In this document: piece by piece, positions 50,070 through 60,311 of the stretch
Position numbering within the stretch: the first letter of the stretch is position 1
Layout: each line of letters begins with the position of its first letter
Assembly: GCA_943787795.1 (NCBI GenBank)
Contig: CALSNU010000001.1
Span: 1,184,001-1,248,000 of the forward strand
Direction of reading: 5' to 3'
From: an uncultured bacterium
GTDB lineage: Bacteria > Planctomycetota > UBA1135 > GCA-002686595
Length of the DNA: 64,000 nucleotides
The notes under the pieces: generated by a model
Told to the model about the DNA's origin: nothing
Databases searched by the model: none
Seen by the model: only the letters and a program-made list of their open reading frames with translations
Translations under genes and position numbers: made by a program

Positions 50070-50993
50070 TCAAGCGCGCGGGTGGGCCTTCTCGTAGATC
50101 TCCTGCAAGCGCGCCACGGAGACGTGGGTGTAGATCTGGGTGGTGGCGAGGTGTTCGTGCCCGAGGAGCTCCTGCACGGACCGCAGGTCGGCGCCCCGGT
50201 CGAGCAGGTGAGTGGCGAAGCAGTGACGCAGGGTGTGCGGCGTCGCTCGGCGAGTGATGCCTGCCCGTAGAGCATGCTTGGCCACGATCGTCTCGAGGCT
50301 CCGCGTGCTGAGCCGGCCACCAGAGCGGTTCAGGAAGAGCGCATCGCCCGCTGCGCTGGTGGGGGCGGGGCGCCTGGGGTCGGTGAGATAGTCCGAGATC
50401 GCCTCGACGGCGAAGCGGCCGAGCGCGACCAGACGCTCCTTGCGGCCCTTGCCGAGGACGCGGCCGACGCCGCGGCTCAGGTCCAGGTGCGCGCGGTCGA
50501 GCCCGACGGTCTCCGCCGCACGGGTGCCGGCGCTGTACATGAACTCGAGGATGGCCTTGTCTCGCAGGCCGCCAGGAGCTGCTCCATCCGGCGCGGCGAG
50601 GAGCGCCTCGATCTCGGCCTCGGAGAGGACCCCTGGCAGGTGGCGCGAGCTGCGGCGCTGGCGGAGGCCGGTGGCCGGGTTGACCTCCAGGAGTCCCTCG
50701 TGCACAAGGCTCTTGAGGAAGGACCTGGCGGCGGAGAGCCGGCGCTGGATCGTCGAGCGAGCCAGTCCACGCTCGTCAAGGTCGCCGAGCCAACCGCGCA
50801 GGGCGCGTGGCGTGATGGAGGCGTGCCTGGTGACGCCGCGGCCAGCGAGAAAGCCCACGAGGTCAGCGAGGTCGAGCCCGTAGGCACGAAGGGTGTGGTC
50901 GGAGGCGCCGCGCGTCACGCGCATGCGCTCGATGAAGGCGTCCACCCGGGGCCAGAGCTCCGACTCCAGCTGGCGGGGCTCGGCGGCGTTCAA
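50070..50993 (-). CDS. xerC: Tyrosine recombinase XerC/XerD type
   Basis: HTLRAY, RDKAILE.MYSAGTR, GKGRKER, HTLRHCFATHLL, LGH, TTQIYTHV, HPRA. Confidence 0.88.
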   Translation of the reverse strand: MNAAEPRQLESELWPRVDAFIERMRVTRGASDHTLRAYGLDLADLVGFLAGRGVTRHASITPRALRGWLGDLDERGLARSTIQRRLSAARSFLKSLVHEGLLEVNPATGLRQRRSSRHLPGVLSEAEIEALLAAPDGAAPGGLRDKAILEFMYSAGTRAAETVGLDRAHLDLSRGVGRVLGKGRKERLVALGRFAVEAISDYLTDPRRPAPTSAAGDALFLNRSGGRLSTRSLETIVAKHALRAGITRRATPHTLRHCFATHLLDRGADLRSVQELLGHEHLATTQIYTHVSVARLQEIYEKAHPRA

Positions 50994-51382
50994 CGGCGCT
51001 GGCGGCGGCCCTGACGGCGGTCGCTGTCCTTGCTCTTGTCCTTCGACTTGGACTTGGACTCCATGGACTGCATGGCCTTGGCCTGGGCCCGCAGTCCTTC
51101 GAGCAGCACCTCGCGGGAGCGCGGGTTGATGCCTGCCGTGAAGCCCTCCGCTTCCGATCGGGCGAGCGCCTCGGTCAGCTCTTTCCCCGCCGCGGCCTGC
51201 TGGATCATGAACTCCTGGCAGGTCAGGACCTGGACCTCGAGCTCGAGGATCTCGGCGCGGAGCTGGGCGAGGACCTTGTTTGGGTCCTCCTGGCTCGCCT
51301 CGGTGGAACCCGAACCGAAGGAGATGAGCGTGGCGAGAAGCGCGCTACCGGCGCACAGGACAGGTGTCTGAAAGCGTTGCAT
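50990..51382 (-). CDS. Hypothetical exported coiled-coil protein
   Basis: signal peptide, helical core, Lys-rich tail; SD-like GAGGTG; stop overlaps the xerC start. Confidence 0.7.
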   Translation of the reverse strand: MQRFQTPVLCAGSALLATLISFGSGSTEASQEDPNKVLAQLRAEILELEVQVLTCQEFMIQQAAAGKELTEALARSEAEGFTAGINPRSREVLLEGLRAQAKAMQSMESKSKSKDKSKDSDRRQGRRQRR

Positions 51383-51483
51383 AACATCACCTCTATCGGC
51401 CGGGGGACCCGGCGGGTGAAGCGCCGAATGCTCGTGGCGCTCCAGATGGGCCGTGGGGGGCCTGGAAGGGCCTTGGTGGACCT

Positions 51484-51521
51484 CTGAGTCTCCCCTGAGT
51501 CTCCCCTGAGTCTCCTCTGAG
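51484..51521. repeat. 11-bp tandem repeat CTGAGTCTCCC x3.5
   Basis: read directly. Confidence 0.9.
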
Positions 51522-51600
51522 GGCCTGTGAGACGCGGCCCTGTGGCTCCCCCTGGTGGGTCGCCCCGGAGGCTCCAACCCTGCAGGGGCGGCGCGCCCGG

Positions 51601-52929
51601 CTAATCCGGCGCGCTTGCAGGAGGCGCCGGGAGCCGTCGGGTCAGCGCGAGCGGCATCAGGAGTAGCACCGCGCCCACGACGTAGGGCGCGAGGGCGCCG
51701 AGCCCGTAGTACAGCAGGCCCCCGGCGATCGGTCCGACCACGCGGGCGAGGCTCCCGAAGCTCCGGAAGACGCCGAGGGCGAACCCCTGTCGGTCGTCGG
51801 GGACATAGCGGCTCGCCAGGGAGCTCAGGCTGGGCATCACCAGCGAGCTGCCCACGGCCACCAGCGCGAGCCCGGTGTAGAGGACGGGCGGCGAGGCGGC
51901 CTTGGTCACCGCGGCGATCACGAGGAACCCGGGGAGGGTGAGCGCCATGCCGAGGGTGGCCACCTTCCGCTCGCCCACGCGTGGCACCAGGCGCCGGACG
52001 ATGCCGCCCTGTACGAAGGCGATCGTCAGGCCGATGAAGACGAACATCCAGGCGTTGTCCCGGGGCCCATAGCCCAGGTGCTCGGCGGCCAGGAAGACCA
52101 GCGTGAACTCCATGGCCCCGAAGGCGGCGAAGTAGATGAAGTAAGCGAAGTTCAGCGTGCGGACGCCGGGGAAGGTCAGGCCTCCCTGGGCGGCGAACGG
52201 GTTGATACTCCTCTTCTCCACGGTGTCTGTCGTGGCCTCCAGTGTCTCCGGGAAACGCGCCGCGGCCCAGATGAGGTTGATGAGCGCGAGCACGAACGCG
52301 ATCAGGGCCGCGCCACTGAAGGGGTTGATCCCTGGGGTGTCCGGCAGCGAGGCTGTGAGGTCCCAGCCGGAGGCGAGGCCGCCCAGGGCGGGGCCGACCA
52401 CGAAGCCCAGCCCGATGCCCGCGCCGAGAATGCCCATGCCCTTCGCGCGGTCCGCCTTCTTGTGGGTGTCGGCGACCGCGGCGGAGGCGATCGAGATGTT
52501 GCCCGCCATGATCCCGCCCGCGAGGCGCGCGGCGATCAGCAGGGCGAAGCTCCCCGCGAAGAACCACACCACGTAGGAGAGCGCCGTCCCCGTCAGCGTG
52601 AGGAGCAGGATCGAGCGCCGGCCGCGGCGGTCCGACAGGCCTCCCCAGATCGGCGCGAAGATGAACTGCAGGCCCGAGTAGAGAGAGCCAAGGAGCCCTC
52701 CGAACAGGACGATCACCGCGAAGCGATCCTCGACGAGGGTCTCCAGCCAGCTGGCGAGCTGTCCCACGAGGCTCTCCGGCCCCTCCTCTGCCACGTACCA
52801 GTCCAGCATCTGGGGGAAGAGCGGGAAGATGACCGAGAAGCCGACCATGTCGAGGAACACGGTCAGGAAGACGAGCCCCAGGACGCCCTTGCGGGGTCCG
52901 GTCGAGGGCTGGGGGGCGGGGGTACTCAT
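51601..52929 (-). CDS. MFS transporter, TetA/DHA1-like
   Basis: FLDMVGFSVIFP, GGLSDRRGRR, G.G.GFVVGPALGG; about 12 TM. Confidence 0.92.
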   Translation of the reverse strand: MSTPAPQPSTGPRKGVLGLVFLTVFLDMVGFSVIFPLFPQMLDWYVAEEGPESLVGQLASWLETLVEDRFAVIVLFGGLLGSLYSGLQFIFAPIWGGLSDRRGRRSILLLTLTGTALSYVVWFFAGSFALLIAARLAGGIMAGNISIASAAVADTHKKADRAKGMGILGAGIGLGFVVGPALGGLASGWDLTASLPDTPGINPFSGAALIAFVLALINLIWAAARFPETLEATTDTVEKRSINPFAAQGGLTFPGVRTLNFAYFIYFAAFGAMEFTLVFLAAEHLGYGPRDNAWMFVFIGLTIAFVQGGIVRRLVPRVGERKVATLGMALTLPGFLVIAAVTKAASPPVLYTGLALVAVGSSLVMPSLSSLASRYVPDDRQGFALGVFRSFGSLARVVGPIAGGLLYYGLGALAPYVVGAVLLLMPLALTRRLPAPPASAPD

Positions 52930-52979
52930 GGTGGATGTTCCTCTCTGGAACGCGCGGGGCCGTATAGAGTGCGACTCCG

Positions 52980-54491
52980 ATGGCAGAGGTCCAGACTCAA
53001 CCCGCGAGCGTTCGCCTGAGCGGGCGCGCCATGGACCTCGCCGAGCTCGTGATTCGGGGACTCGACGTCCCTACCGCGCTCCTGCGCCTCGCTCACCGCC
53101 AAGGGCTCGTGGCCCTCGACAGCGCGAGCGGCGCACCGGGACGCTGGTCACTGGTGGCCTTCGATCCGATCGAGCAGTTCCCCGCCCCAGGGCGCCTGGG
53201 CGCCCCAGGGCCGAGGGGCCAGGAGCAGGTCTCCCCCCAGGGGAGCGCTGACCTGGGGGGGGGCCGTCCCGCCAGCCTCGACGACCTTCGCCGAGCTCTC
53301 GGCGGCATGGCATGGGAAGGAGACCTGCCCCCTGGCCCCTTCTGCGGCGGGTTCATCGGCGCGATCGCCTACGACCTCGGGGTGGAGGGAGAGGACCTGG
53401 ATCTCCCCTCTGCCGTGTGGCCCCAGCCGCCCATCAGCGGGGGGCTCTACCGCGACTGGCTGGTCTTCGAGCTCGATGAAGCCGGGGCCGTGGGTGAGGC
53501 CCACCTTGTGATGGCAGATCGAGTGGGCTCGGGGGATGACGGGGCGCTTCGCGCGGCGGGCGTCCTCGAGGACCTTGAGCGGCCGGGGAGCGCGCCAGAG
53601 CCCCAGTCGCCCACGGCACACCGGCGCCACGTCTCCTCGGACGAGCACCAAGCCAGGGTCGAGCGAGCCCGAGCGCTGATCGAGCGAGGGGAGATCTACC
53701 AGGCCAACATCTGCCACCGGATGACGGCGCCGGCCTCCACCGGTCCGCTTGATCTCTACCTCGAACTACGCCGGCAGAACCCGGCGCCCTTCATGGGCTA
53801 TCTGGGCTTCATGTTCCCGGATGGCGCCGAGGGCGCGATCCTCTCGTCGAGCCCCGAACTCCTGCTGGAGCTGGAGGCGCGCGGCGTCGAGGGGCGCCGC
53901 GCCCGGACCCGGCCCATCAAGGGCACGATCGCGTGCGGAGCGGACCCCGAGTCGGACGCTCTGCAGCGGGAGCGGCTGCTGGGCAGCGAGAAGGACCGCG
54001 CCGAGCTCGCGATGATCGTCGATCTGGAGCGCAATGACCTCGGACGGATCGCTGTCCCGGGCGGCGTGACCGTCGGCGAGTTTCCGCGGCTGGAGACCTA
54101 TCGAGGCCTCCATCACCTGGTCACGGAGGTGACCGGTGAGGTGCGACCGGAGTGCTGCGCCGTCGACGTGGTCGCGGCGCTCTTCCCGGGCGGGTCCATC
54201 ACCGGCGCCCCCAAGCTCCGGAGCATGGAGGCGATCGGTGAGATCGAGGGGGAGGGGCGCGGGTTCTTCACGGGGTCCATGGGCTTCATCGACGTGCATG
54301 GCCGGGCCACCCTCAACATCTTGATCCGCACGATCATCCACCGCACGGGCGGGGACGGTGACCGGGAGGTGTCGTTCCACGTGGGGGGCGGCATCACATG
54401 GTCCTCGGACGCGGCGGCCGAGGACGACGAGACCATGCTGAAGGCGTCGGCCTTGATCGCCGCGCTGAGCGGATCCGCACTCCGGGGTTGA
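52980..54491 (+). CDS. Chorismate-binding enzyme component I (PabB/TrpE family, probably ADC synthase)
   Basis: GEIYQAN, SSPE, RPIKGT, KDRAELAMIVDLERNDLGR, FPGGSITGAPK. Confidence 0.9.
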   Translation: MAEVQTQPASVRLSGRAMDLAELVIRGLDVPTALLRLAHRQGLVALDSASGAPGRWSLVAFDPIEQFPAPGRLGAPGPRGQEQVSPQGSADLGGGRPASLDDLRRALGGMAWEGDLPPGPFCGGFIGAIAYDLGVEGEDLDLPSAVWPQPPISGGLYRDWLVFELDEAGAVGEAHLVMADRVGSGDDGALRAAGVLEDLERPGSAPEPQSPTAHRRHVSSDEHQARVERARALIERGEIYQANICHRMTAPASTGPLDLYLELRRQNPAPFMGYLGFMFPDGAEGAILSSSPELLLELEARGVEGRRARTRPIKGTIACGADPESDALQRERLLGSEKDRAELAMIVDLERNDLGRIAVPGGVTVGEFPRLETYRGLHHLVTEVTGEVRPECCAVDVVAALFPGGSITGAPKLRSMEAIGEIEGEGRGFFTGSMGFIDVHGRATLNILIRTIIHRTGGDGDREVSFHVGGGITWSSDAAAEDDETMLKASALIAALSGSALRG

Positions 54492-54681
54492 GCCGGCCTC
54501 CGGGCCGGGGGTGGGTACCTGGGGAGGGCATGGGGGGCACCATGGCTGGCGGTCAGCGCTCCACGGACCCGGTGCTTGGTTTGCATTCCGTCGTTAACGC
54601 CCTCCTTTCTTGCGGGGGCCCGGCGCACCCCCGAACATGGGGCGACGACGCCCATCTCCCGCTCCCTCTCGACGGAGGACC

Positions 54682-55533
54682 ATGATGATCTTCACGCTCG
54701 CCCTGTCCCTTTCGCTCCTCGCTCCCGCACCCGCCAGCGCTTCCGCGTCGGCCAGCGCTTCGGCATCCGCCGTCGCACGGGTCGCGGCTCCTCCCTCGCC
54801 CGGCGCGCTCCCCATCCTCCAGGACGATGAGGAGAAGCCCGACAAGCGCGATGAGATCAAGGACGCGCTCAAGTCCCTGAAGGGGCATGTGGGTAAACGC
54901 GGCAACGAGGACATCGAGGCGGTCCAGGTCATCGCGACCCTCAAGGCTGAGTTCCCCGAGAGCGGCCCGAAGGATCGCAAGGCCATCGTGAAGGGCATCA
55001 ACGCCTGCCTGAAGTCGAAGCGCAAGCTCACCAAGGAGAAGCTCTTTGACAACAAGCTCCACCTCGCCGCAGCGGAGGCCCTCGGGAGCATGGGGCCTGA
55101 GAGCGTCAAGGACCTCTCCGGGTGGGTCGATCACAAGAGCTTCATCAAGGACCTCGACATGCGCCGCACGCTGATCCTGAGCCTCGGCAAGACCAAGGAC
55201 GAGGACGCCGTCGATCCGCTCGTCGATCTCCTGACGAACCACGAACCCGCGGTCCAGGCGGCGGCTGCCCAGGCCCTGGGGGACTACGGCTTCCTCGACC
55301 AGAAGGACCGCAAGGCGGTCTTCAAGAAGGTCCTCGACGTCATCACCCAGGTCAAGAACGCGCTCGATGTGGGGCAGACCGACCCCATCGTCCAGGACCG
55401 GTACGACACCATCGCGGGGCCGATGCTGACCACGCTCCAAAAGCTCTCGGGGCACGACGCCCGGGACGCGCTGGTCTTCCGCCAGTGGTGGAACAAGAAC
55501 AAGAAGAAAGACTGGGACGAGGGGAAGAGCTGA
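54682..55533 (+). CDS. Exported HEAT-repeat protein
   Basis: SD GGAGG; signal peptide; AAAEALG, LILSLG, AAAQALG repeats; C-terminal FRQWWNKNK. Confidence 0.8.
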   Translation: MMIFTLALSLSLLAPAPASASASASASASAVARVAAPPSPGALPILQDDEEKPDKRDEIKDALKSLKGHVGKRGNEDIEAVQVIATLKAEFPESGPKDRKAIVKGINACLKSKRKLTKEKLFDNKLHLAAAEALGSMGPESVKDLSGWVDHKSFIKDLDMRRTLILSLGKTKDEDAVDPLVDLLTNHEPAVQAAAAQALGDYGFLDQKDRKAVFKKVLDVITQVKNALDVGQTDPIVQDRYDTIAGPMLTTLQKLSGHDARDALVFRQWWNKNKKKDWDEGKS

Positions 55534-55558
55534 GATCGCTGGATCGTCGCTCCCACCC

Positions 55559-56398
55559 ATGACACCTGACGCTGCCAAGGACCCTGAAGCCGCCGGGGAC
55601 CCTGAAGCCGCCGGGGACCCTGACGCCGCCAGGAACCCTGACGAGCCGTCGGGTTCCCAGGTCGCCCGCAGCGGGCTCTGGCTCTTCGCCCCAGTGGCGA
55701 TGGTCCTCTTCCTCGCGCTCCGGGAGCGGGTCTTTCCCTCGCCGACGCCGGGCCAGCAGTCGGCACCAGTGGCACCCGACTCCCTTGGCATCCTTGTGCC
55801 GGTGACGAGCTTTGAGGGTTGGATCCCGCGGCCCGCCGACGGCGCTCGGCTGCTGGCCCGGCTCGAGCCTCTCCACCCCGACCCGGCCCGGCAAGCCTTC
55901 GACACGGTGGTCCTGGCCGAGCGCTTTGGCCTCGAGACGCAAGCCCCTCGGGGGCAGGATCGCGCGCCGCAACCCTGGCGTCTGTCCCTGGTCGCCGAGG
56001 CGGGTCCGGGAGGAGCCCTCGAAGAGGAGGCGGAAGATGGCTCCTCAGCTCCTCGCGGGACTGAATCGAGCGCGCTGGCCGCCGAAGCGGTGGCTCCTCT
56101 CGTCGCGTCTCTCGCCAACGTGACCGTCTCTGGCCTCGAGCGCCTCGACCTCGGTCGCGTCGAAGAGGGCGCGGACGTGGAGCTCCTGGCGGCGCTGTTC
56201 GGCGCCACCAGCGCTCCGCTCGAGGTGGGCGAGCGCGCGGACCTCATCTTCTGGGGGCCGGGGCCGACGGGACCCATCGTGGTGGGAGACCTGGGCTCGG
56301 TGGCCCCGCTTCCCCTCGTCCGCGAGGTGCGCCGCCGCTCGGAGGCGGTGGCGTGGGAGGACGCGCGAAGGTCCACAGGGCCGGGGGCGGGCAAGTGA
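55559..56398 (+). CDS. Hypothetical membrane-anchored protein with N-terminal DPEAAG repeats
   Basis: one TM; in-frame 18-bp repeats; stop overlaps the next start (GTGA). Confidence 0.6.
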   Translation: MTPDAAKDPEAAGDPEAAGDPDAARNPDEPSGSQVARSGLWLFAPVAMVLFLALRERVFPSPTPGQQSAPVAPDSLGILVPVTSFEGWIPRPADGARLLARLEPLHPDPARQAFDTVVLAERFGLETQAPRGQDRAPQPWRLSLVAEAGPGGALEEEAEDGSSAPRGTESSALAAEAVAPLVASLANVTVSGLERLDLGRVEEGADVELLAALFGATSAPLEVGERADLIFWGPGPTGPIVVGDLGSVAPLPLVREVRRRSEAVAWEDARRSTGPGAGK

Positions 56399-57666
56399 TC
56401 GCGACCGCGACGCTCGTCGCTGTCCTCGCGACGCAGGGGACAGCGAGCGATACGCCACAGGAGCCCGGGGTCGGTCCGGCGCCGCCGGTGGAGGTCGACC
56501 GACTGCGCGCGCGGGAACGTGAGCTCCTCGAGCGCATCGCGATCCTCGAGACCGAGCTGCGCGCTGAGAGAGCGCGTAGCCTCGCGCGTCAGGAGGAGTG
56601 GCTCGCCTTCACTCGGCTGCTCCAAGGCTTCGAGATCCCTGCGTTGCCCGATCCCCCTGAGTTCTTGGCCGAGGCCCTCATCGCCCCGCGAGACCCCGCG
56701 GCCGAGGCGCTCGAGCGGACCGAGAACGCGCGCCGTATTCGTGGTGCCCAGGTCGCAGGCTCCCTGCGAACACTGCTCAAGGCCGAGGGCGTCCGCGGTT
56801 TCGATCTGCTTGAGGTTGGCCTGCTCCATCAGCACGAGGGGCGGGCCTGGACGGGCCCAGTCATCGCCCGGCTCCTCGATGAGCGCGGCCGCATGGTCGG
56901 GATGCTGAAGGCAGAGCGGCTTCGTCTGGAGGTCAGCCGCTCGTCGCGCTCGGTCACCGTCATCCTCGAGGACGGCTACGAGTCGCGAGCGGGGTTGCGT
57001 CGCGCCTTCGAGGGGGGAGCGGCCGTGCCCACAGAGCTGGGCGTAGCCAACAGGATCGGCGGCGGCCGACGCCGGGTCTATCTCGGCGCTGTGGACCCCG
57101 AACCCTGGATCGAGGCGCTCCCCGAGCTCGTGGACCCGGTCCTGCTCGCCAGGGGAAGCGACGATGGCATGTGGGACCTTGACGACCTGCGGGTGCAGCT
57201 GGTTCGTCTGCTCCACGAGGCGGCCCAGGCGGGGGATCCGCGCTGGCGGCTGGTGGGTCTCGGGGGGGTGCGTGGGAACGAGCTTCGCGACGTTCAATTC
57301 GCCGAGCTCGACCCCGTCACCGGGCGGGCCCAGCGACGGGCCTTCGCCGACAGCGTGCGGATCCGGCTCCGACCGAGCGGCGGGGTCGAGCTGCTGCTCG
57401 AGGGCGGGACGGTCCGGCGCGGCACCCGCGTGGCGCCCTTCCTCGGGGGCAAGTACCGCATCGTCCTGCCGCGGGCTCGCGCGGACGATTGGCGCGATGC
57501 GGCCCTTCCGGGGATCGCTCCTCCGCCCTTGCGGCCGGCCATGCCGCCCGCTGGGGAGCCAACGGGGCAGCCGGAGCAGAAGGCGACGCAGCCGCGGATC
57601 CAGCGAGCGGCGCCTGCCGAGGACTCGAAGGAGATCATCAAGGAACCCGCCTCGTCCGTCCGGTAG
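56395..57666 (+). CDS. Hypothetical exported protein: coiled coil plus duplicated beta-rich domain
   Basis: signal-like N-terminus; internal repeat (see findings). Confidence 0.7.
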   Translation: MIATATLVAVLATQGTASDTPQEPGVGPAPPVEVDRLRARERELLERIAILETELRAERARSLARQEEWLAFTRLLQGFEIPALPDPPEFLAEALIAPRDPAAEALERTENARRIRGAQVAGSLRTLLKAEGVRGFDLLEVGLLHQHEGRAWTGPVIARLLDERGRMVGMLKAERLRLEVSRSSRSVTVILEDGYESRAGLRRAFEGGAAVPTELGVANRIGGGRRRVYLGAVDPEPWIEALPELVDPVLLARGSDDGMWDLDDLRVQLVRLLHEAAQAGDPRWRLVGLGGVRGNELRDVQFAELDPVTGRAQRRAFADSVRIRLRPSGGVELLLEGGTVRRGTRVAPFLGGKYRIVLPRARADDWRDAALPGIAPPPLRPAMPPAGEPTGQPEQKATQPRIQRAAPAEDSKEIIKEPASSVR

Positions 57667-57676
57667 CCTTGCGGGC

Positions 57677-59218
57677 GTGAGCCTTTTCGACGACGTCCCC
57701 AGGCGCCCCCGCGGCGGAACGCGCGGCCGAGGTTCACGCTCGGCGCGCCCGTCGGCGGCGCAGCCGTCTCAGACCTCGCGGCCGGCGAGGGCGCCCGGCG
57801 GACCCACCTCCGGTGCCGGCGGCCCGGAGCCCGGAGGAGGGGGCGGCCCCTCGGTGGAGTCCGTGTCCCAGCTCACAGCGAGGATCAACTCGGCTCTGAA
57901 GGGCTTCGGGCGACTGGCGGTGGAGGGTGAGATCAGCCGTCCGAAGACGGTCGCATCGGGTCACGTCTTCTTCACGCTCAAGGACGGCTCCGCGGTGCTG
58001 GACGCGAAGGTCTGGCGCTCGGCGGCGCCCCGTGCGCTCGCCTCGGTGGGCAAGCTGGCGGAGGGGGCCAGGGTGGTCTGCCATGGCAGTCTCGACGTCT
58101 ACGCGCCCTACGGGAAGCACAGCCTCATCGTGGATCGCATCGAGCCGCGGGGGATGGGGGCGCTGCTCGCAGACCTCGAGCGGCTCAAGGTGCAGCTGCG
58201 TGAGGAGGGGCTGATGGACCGGCGTCGACCGCTCCCGAGGTTCCCCGCGCGAGTCGGCGTCGTCACGAGCCGCGACGCCGATGCCTGGCGAGATTTTCTC
58301 AGGACCCGATCCCTGCGTTGGGCGGGCTATCCCGTGCGGCTGGTGCACTCGCGGGTGCAGGGGCAGGCCGCCGCGCGCGAGATCGCCGGCGCCATCCGGC
58401 GGCTCGACGAGAGCGGGGTGGACGTGGTGGTGGTCTGCCGGGGGGGCGGCGCGATCGAGGACCTGTGGTGCTTCAATGAGGAGGTCGTCGCCCGTGCCAT
58501 CTGGGCCTGCAGTGTCCCGGTGGTGACCGGGGTCGGGCACGAGTCGGACACGACCCTCGTCGACCTCGTCGCGGATCACCGGGCCCACACTCCGACCGAT
58601 GCCGCCCAGACGGTGCTCCCGGACCGATCAACGCTGATGGAGGCCATCGAGCGACAGGGCGCGTATCTGGGCGACGCTATGGAGCGCGTTGTGGACGGCC
58701 GCGCGGACCGCTTCTCGCGCGCGGCGCGGACCCTGCGGCTGCGGACGCCGGCCCGGCTCGTCGAGGAGCGGGGTGCTCGGGTCGAGGCCGCAGGCCATCG
58801 CGGGCGTAGCGCCGCGGTCTCGGCGATTCAGGGATCGACGGCTCGGCTGGAGCGCCTGGCGTCCCGGCTCGAACGTCAGAGTCCGATGGCGCGCGTGGTG
58901 CGGGGCGAGGGGTGCGTGGACGGGGCGAAGGCCAGGCTCCTCGCCGCCATGAAGGCGCTGGTCTCCGCGGCCGATCGGCGTCTGGAGCCCGCGGGGCGCG
59001 CGCTCGAGGCGGTCTCGCCCCTGGCCGTCCTGGAGCGGGGCTATTCGATCACCCGGCGCGCCGATGGGAGCGTTGTAGAGGACCCCTCAGACCTGGACGT
59101 CGGAGAGACGCTCACCACGATCGTGGCACGCGGAGAGGTCGACGCCGCCGTCCAGGCTGTAAGGACCCAGGATCGGAATCAGGGTCGGGCTGAGGCGCGA
59201 GGCGGCGGCGATGGATGA
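57677..59218 (+). CDS. xseA: Exodeoxyribonuclease VII large subunit
   Basis: SVSQL, GEIS, SGHVFFTLKD, VQG, RGGG..EDLW.FNEE, GVGHESD, TPT.AA, LERGYS. Confidence 0.95.
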   Translation: MSLFDDVPRRPRGGTRGRGSRSARPSAAQPSQTSRPARAPGGPTSGAGGPEPGGGGGPSVESVSQLTARINSALKGFGRLAVEGEISRPKTVASGHVFFTLKDGSAVLDAKVWRSAAPRALASVGKLAEGARVVCHGSLDVYAPYGKHSLIVDRIEPRGMGALLADLERLKVQLREEGLMDRRRPLPRFPARVGVVTSRDADAWRDFLRTRSLRWAGYPVRLVHSRVQGQAAAREIAGAIRRLDESGVDVVVVCRGGGAIEDLWCFNEEVVARAIWACSVPVVTGVGHESDTTLVDLVADHRAHTPTDAAQTVLPDRSTLMEAIERQGAYLGDAMERVVDGRADRFSRAARTLRLRTPARLVEERGARVEAAGHRGRSAAVSAIQGSTARLERLASRLERQSPMARVVRGEGCVDGAKARLLAAMKALVSAADRRLEPAGRALEAVSPLAVLERGYSITRRADGSVVEDPSDLDVGETLTTIVARGEVDAAVQAVRTQDRNQGRAEARGGGDG

Positions 59219-60257
59219 GCACGATCAGCGGACGAGCTCGCGGGAGAGCTCAGCGGACAGCTCGGTGGAGGGCTCGGTGGAGAGCTCGGCGGAGGGCTCG
59301 GCGGGGGGCTCGGCGGGGGGCTCAGGCACCTGGGCCGTGGTCGTGAACTGGAACGGCGGCCTTGAACAGAACCTGGCCTGCCTGCGGTCCCTCGAGGCCC
59401 AGGGGCTCCAGGCCGGCCGCATCGTCTTCGTGGACAACGCCTCGAGCGATGGGTCAAGGGAGGAGGTCGCGGCCGCGATGGCGGGCTTGGTTCACCTCGA
59501 CAACGGCGACAACCTGGGGTTCGGTGAGGCCGCGAATCAGGGCGCAAAGCTGGCGCTGGACAAAGGGGCAGAGGCCGTGTTCTTCGTGAACAATGACCTC
59601 CGCTTCGACGCCGGAGCGTCCTGCCTCGCGGAGCTCGAGGAGACGCTCAGTTCGGGGCCGCGGGTCGGCATGGCCGGACCGCGAATCCTCTTCGACGACG
59701 ATACGGGTCGGGTGTGGTGCGCGGGGGGGCGCTTGGACTTCCGCCAGAACCTCTCCACGCTGCTCGGCCACAAGCAGCCCGACGGGCCGCGGTGGCGCGA
59801 GTCCGGGCCCGTGGATTACATTCCCGGGTGCGCGCTTCTGGTCAGCCGTGAGTGCCTGCAGGACGTTGGATTCTTCGACGCTGCGTTCTTCGCCTACATG
59901 GAAGACGTGGACCTGGGGCTCCGCGCGCGCCGGAGGAACTGGTCCGTCCTCCTTCGCGGGGATCTGCGCGCCCTTCATGCCCCCTCTAGCTCGACCGGGG
60001 GGGGGTATGGCGCGCGGCGGAAGTGGATGCAGGGCGTCAACTCGATCCGCTTCCTCGTCCTGCACGGGCGCCCGACGCATTGGCTGCGGTTCCTTGTCTT
60101 TGACGTCCTCACGCTCCCGGGGGCGTTGCTCCTGCGTGGGTGCCGAGGCGAGGGCGCCGGCGTGCTCGCGAAGGCGAAGGGCATCCTCGACGGGGCCCGT
60201 GGCCGCAGGGTGACGGCGGAGGCCCTGGAGCCCGGGGCTTCGCGGCTCTGGCCCTGA
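59211..60257 (+). CDS. Glycosyltransferase family 2 (WbbL/RfbF-like)
   Basis: VVVNWNG, VDNASSDGS, NLGFGEAANQG, NND, GCALL, YMEDVD; 12-bp in-frame repeats at the N-terminus. Confidence 0.92.
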   Translation: MDEHDQRTSSRESSADSSVEGSVESSAEGSAGGSAGGSGTWAVVVNWNGGLEQNLACLRSLEAQGLQAGRIVFVDNASSDGSREEVAAAMAGLVHLDNGDNLGFGEAANQGAKLALDKGAEAVFFVNNDLRFDAGASCLAELEETLSSGPRVGMAGPRILFDDDTGRVWCAGGRLDFRQNLSTLLGHKQPDGPRWRESGPVDYIPGCALLVSRECLQDVGFFDAAFFAYMEDVDLGLRARRRNWSVLLRGDLRALHAPSSSTGGGYGARRKWMQGVNSIRFLVLHGRPTHWLRFLVFDVLTLPGALLLRGCRGEGAGVLAKAKGILDGARGRRVTAEALEPGASRLWP

Positions 60258-60311
60258 ATCAGTTCTGAATCGGCCCTGAGCTGACCCTGAGCTGACCCTG
60301 AGCTGACCCTG
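60252..60311. repeat. 11-bp tandem repeat CCCTGAGCTGA (3 perfect + degenerate copies starting at the GT2 stop)
   Basis: read directly. Confidence 0.85.

Noticed and set aside
50070..50993. Tyrosine recombinase as the integrase of an island at tRNA-Glu or tRNA-Lys
   Set aside because: Typical ~300-aa chromosomal XerC/D ending in HPRA; housekeeping neighbours; no duplicated tRNA 3' end noticed
54553..57297. 914-aa minus-strand ORF and other long overlapping ORFs (33-1346, 4864-6567, 38414-40465, 43242-44972, 32974-34509)
   Set aside because: Antisense or shadow frames of recognisable genes, expected in high-GC DNA; no motifs
57677..59218. xseA without an adjacent xseB
   Set aside because: The two genes are unlinked in many bacteria
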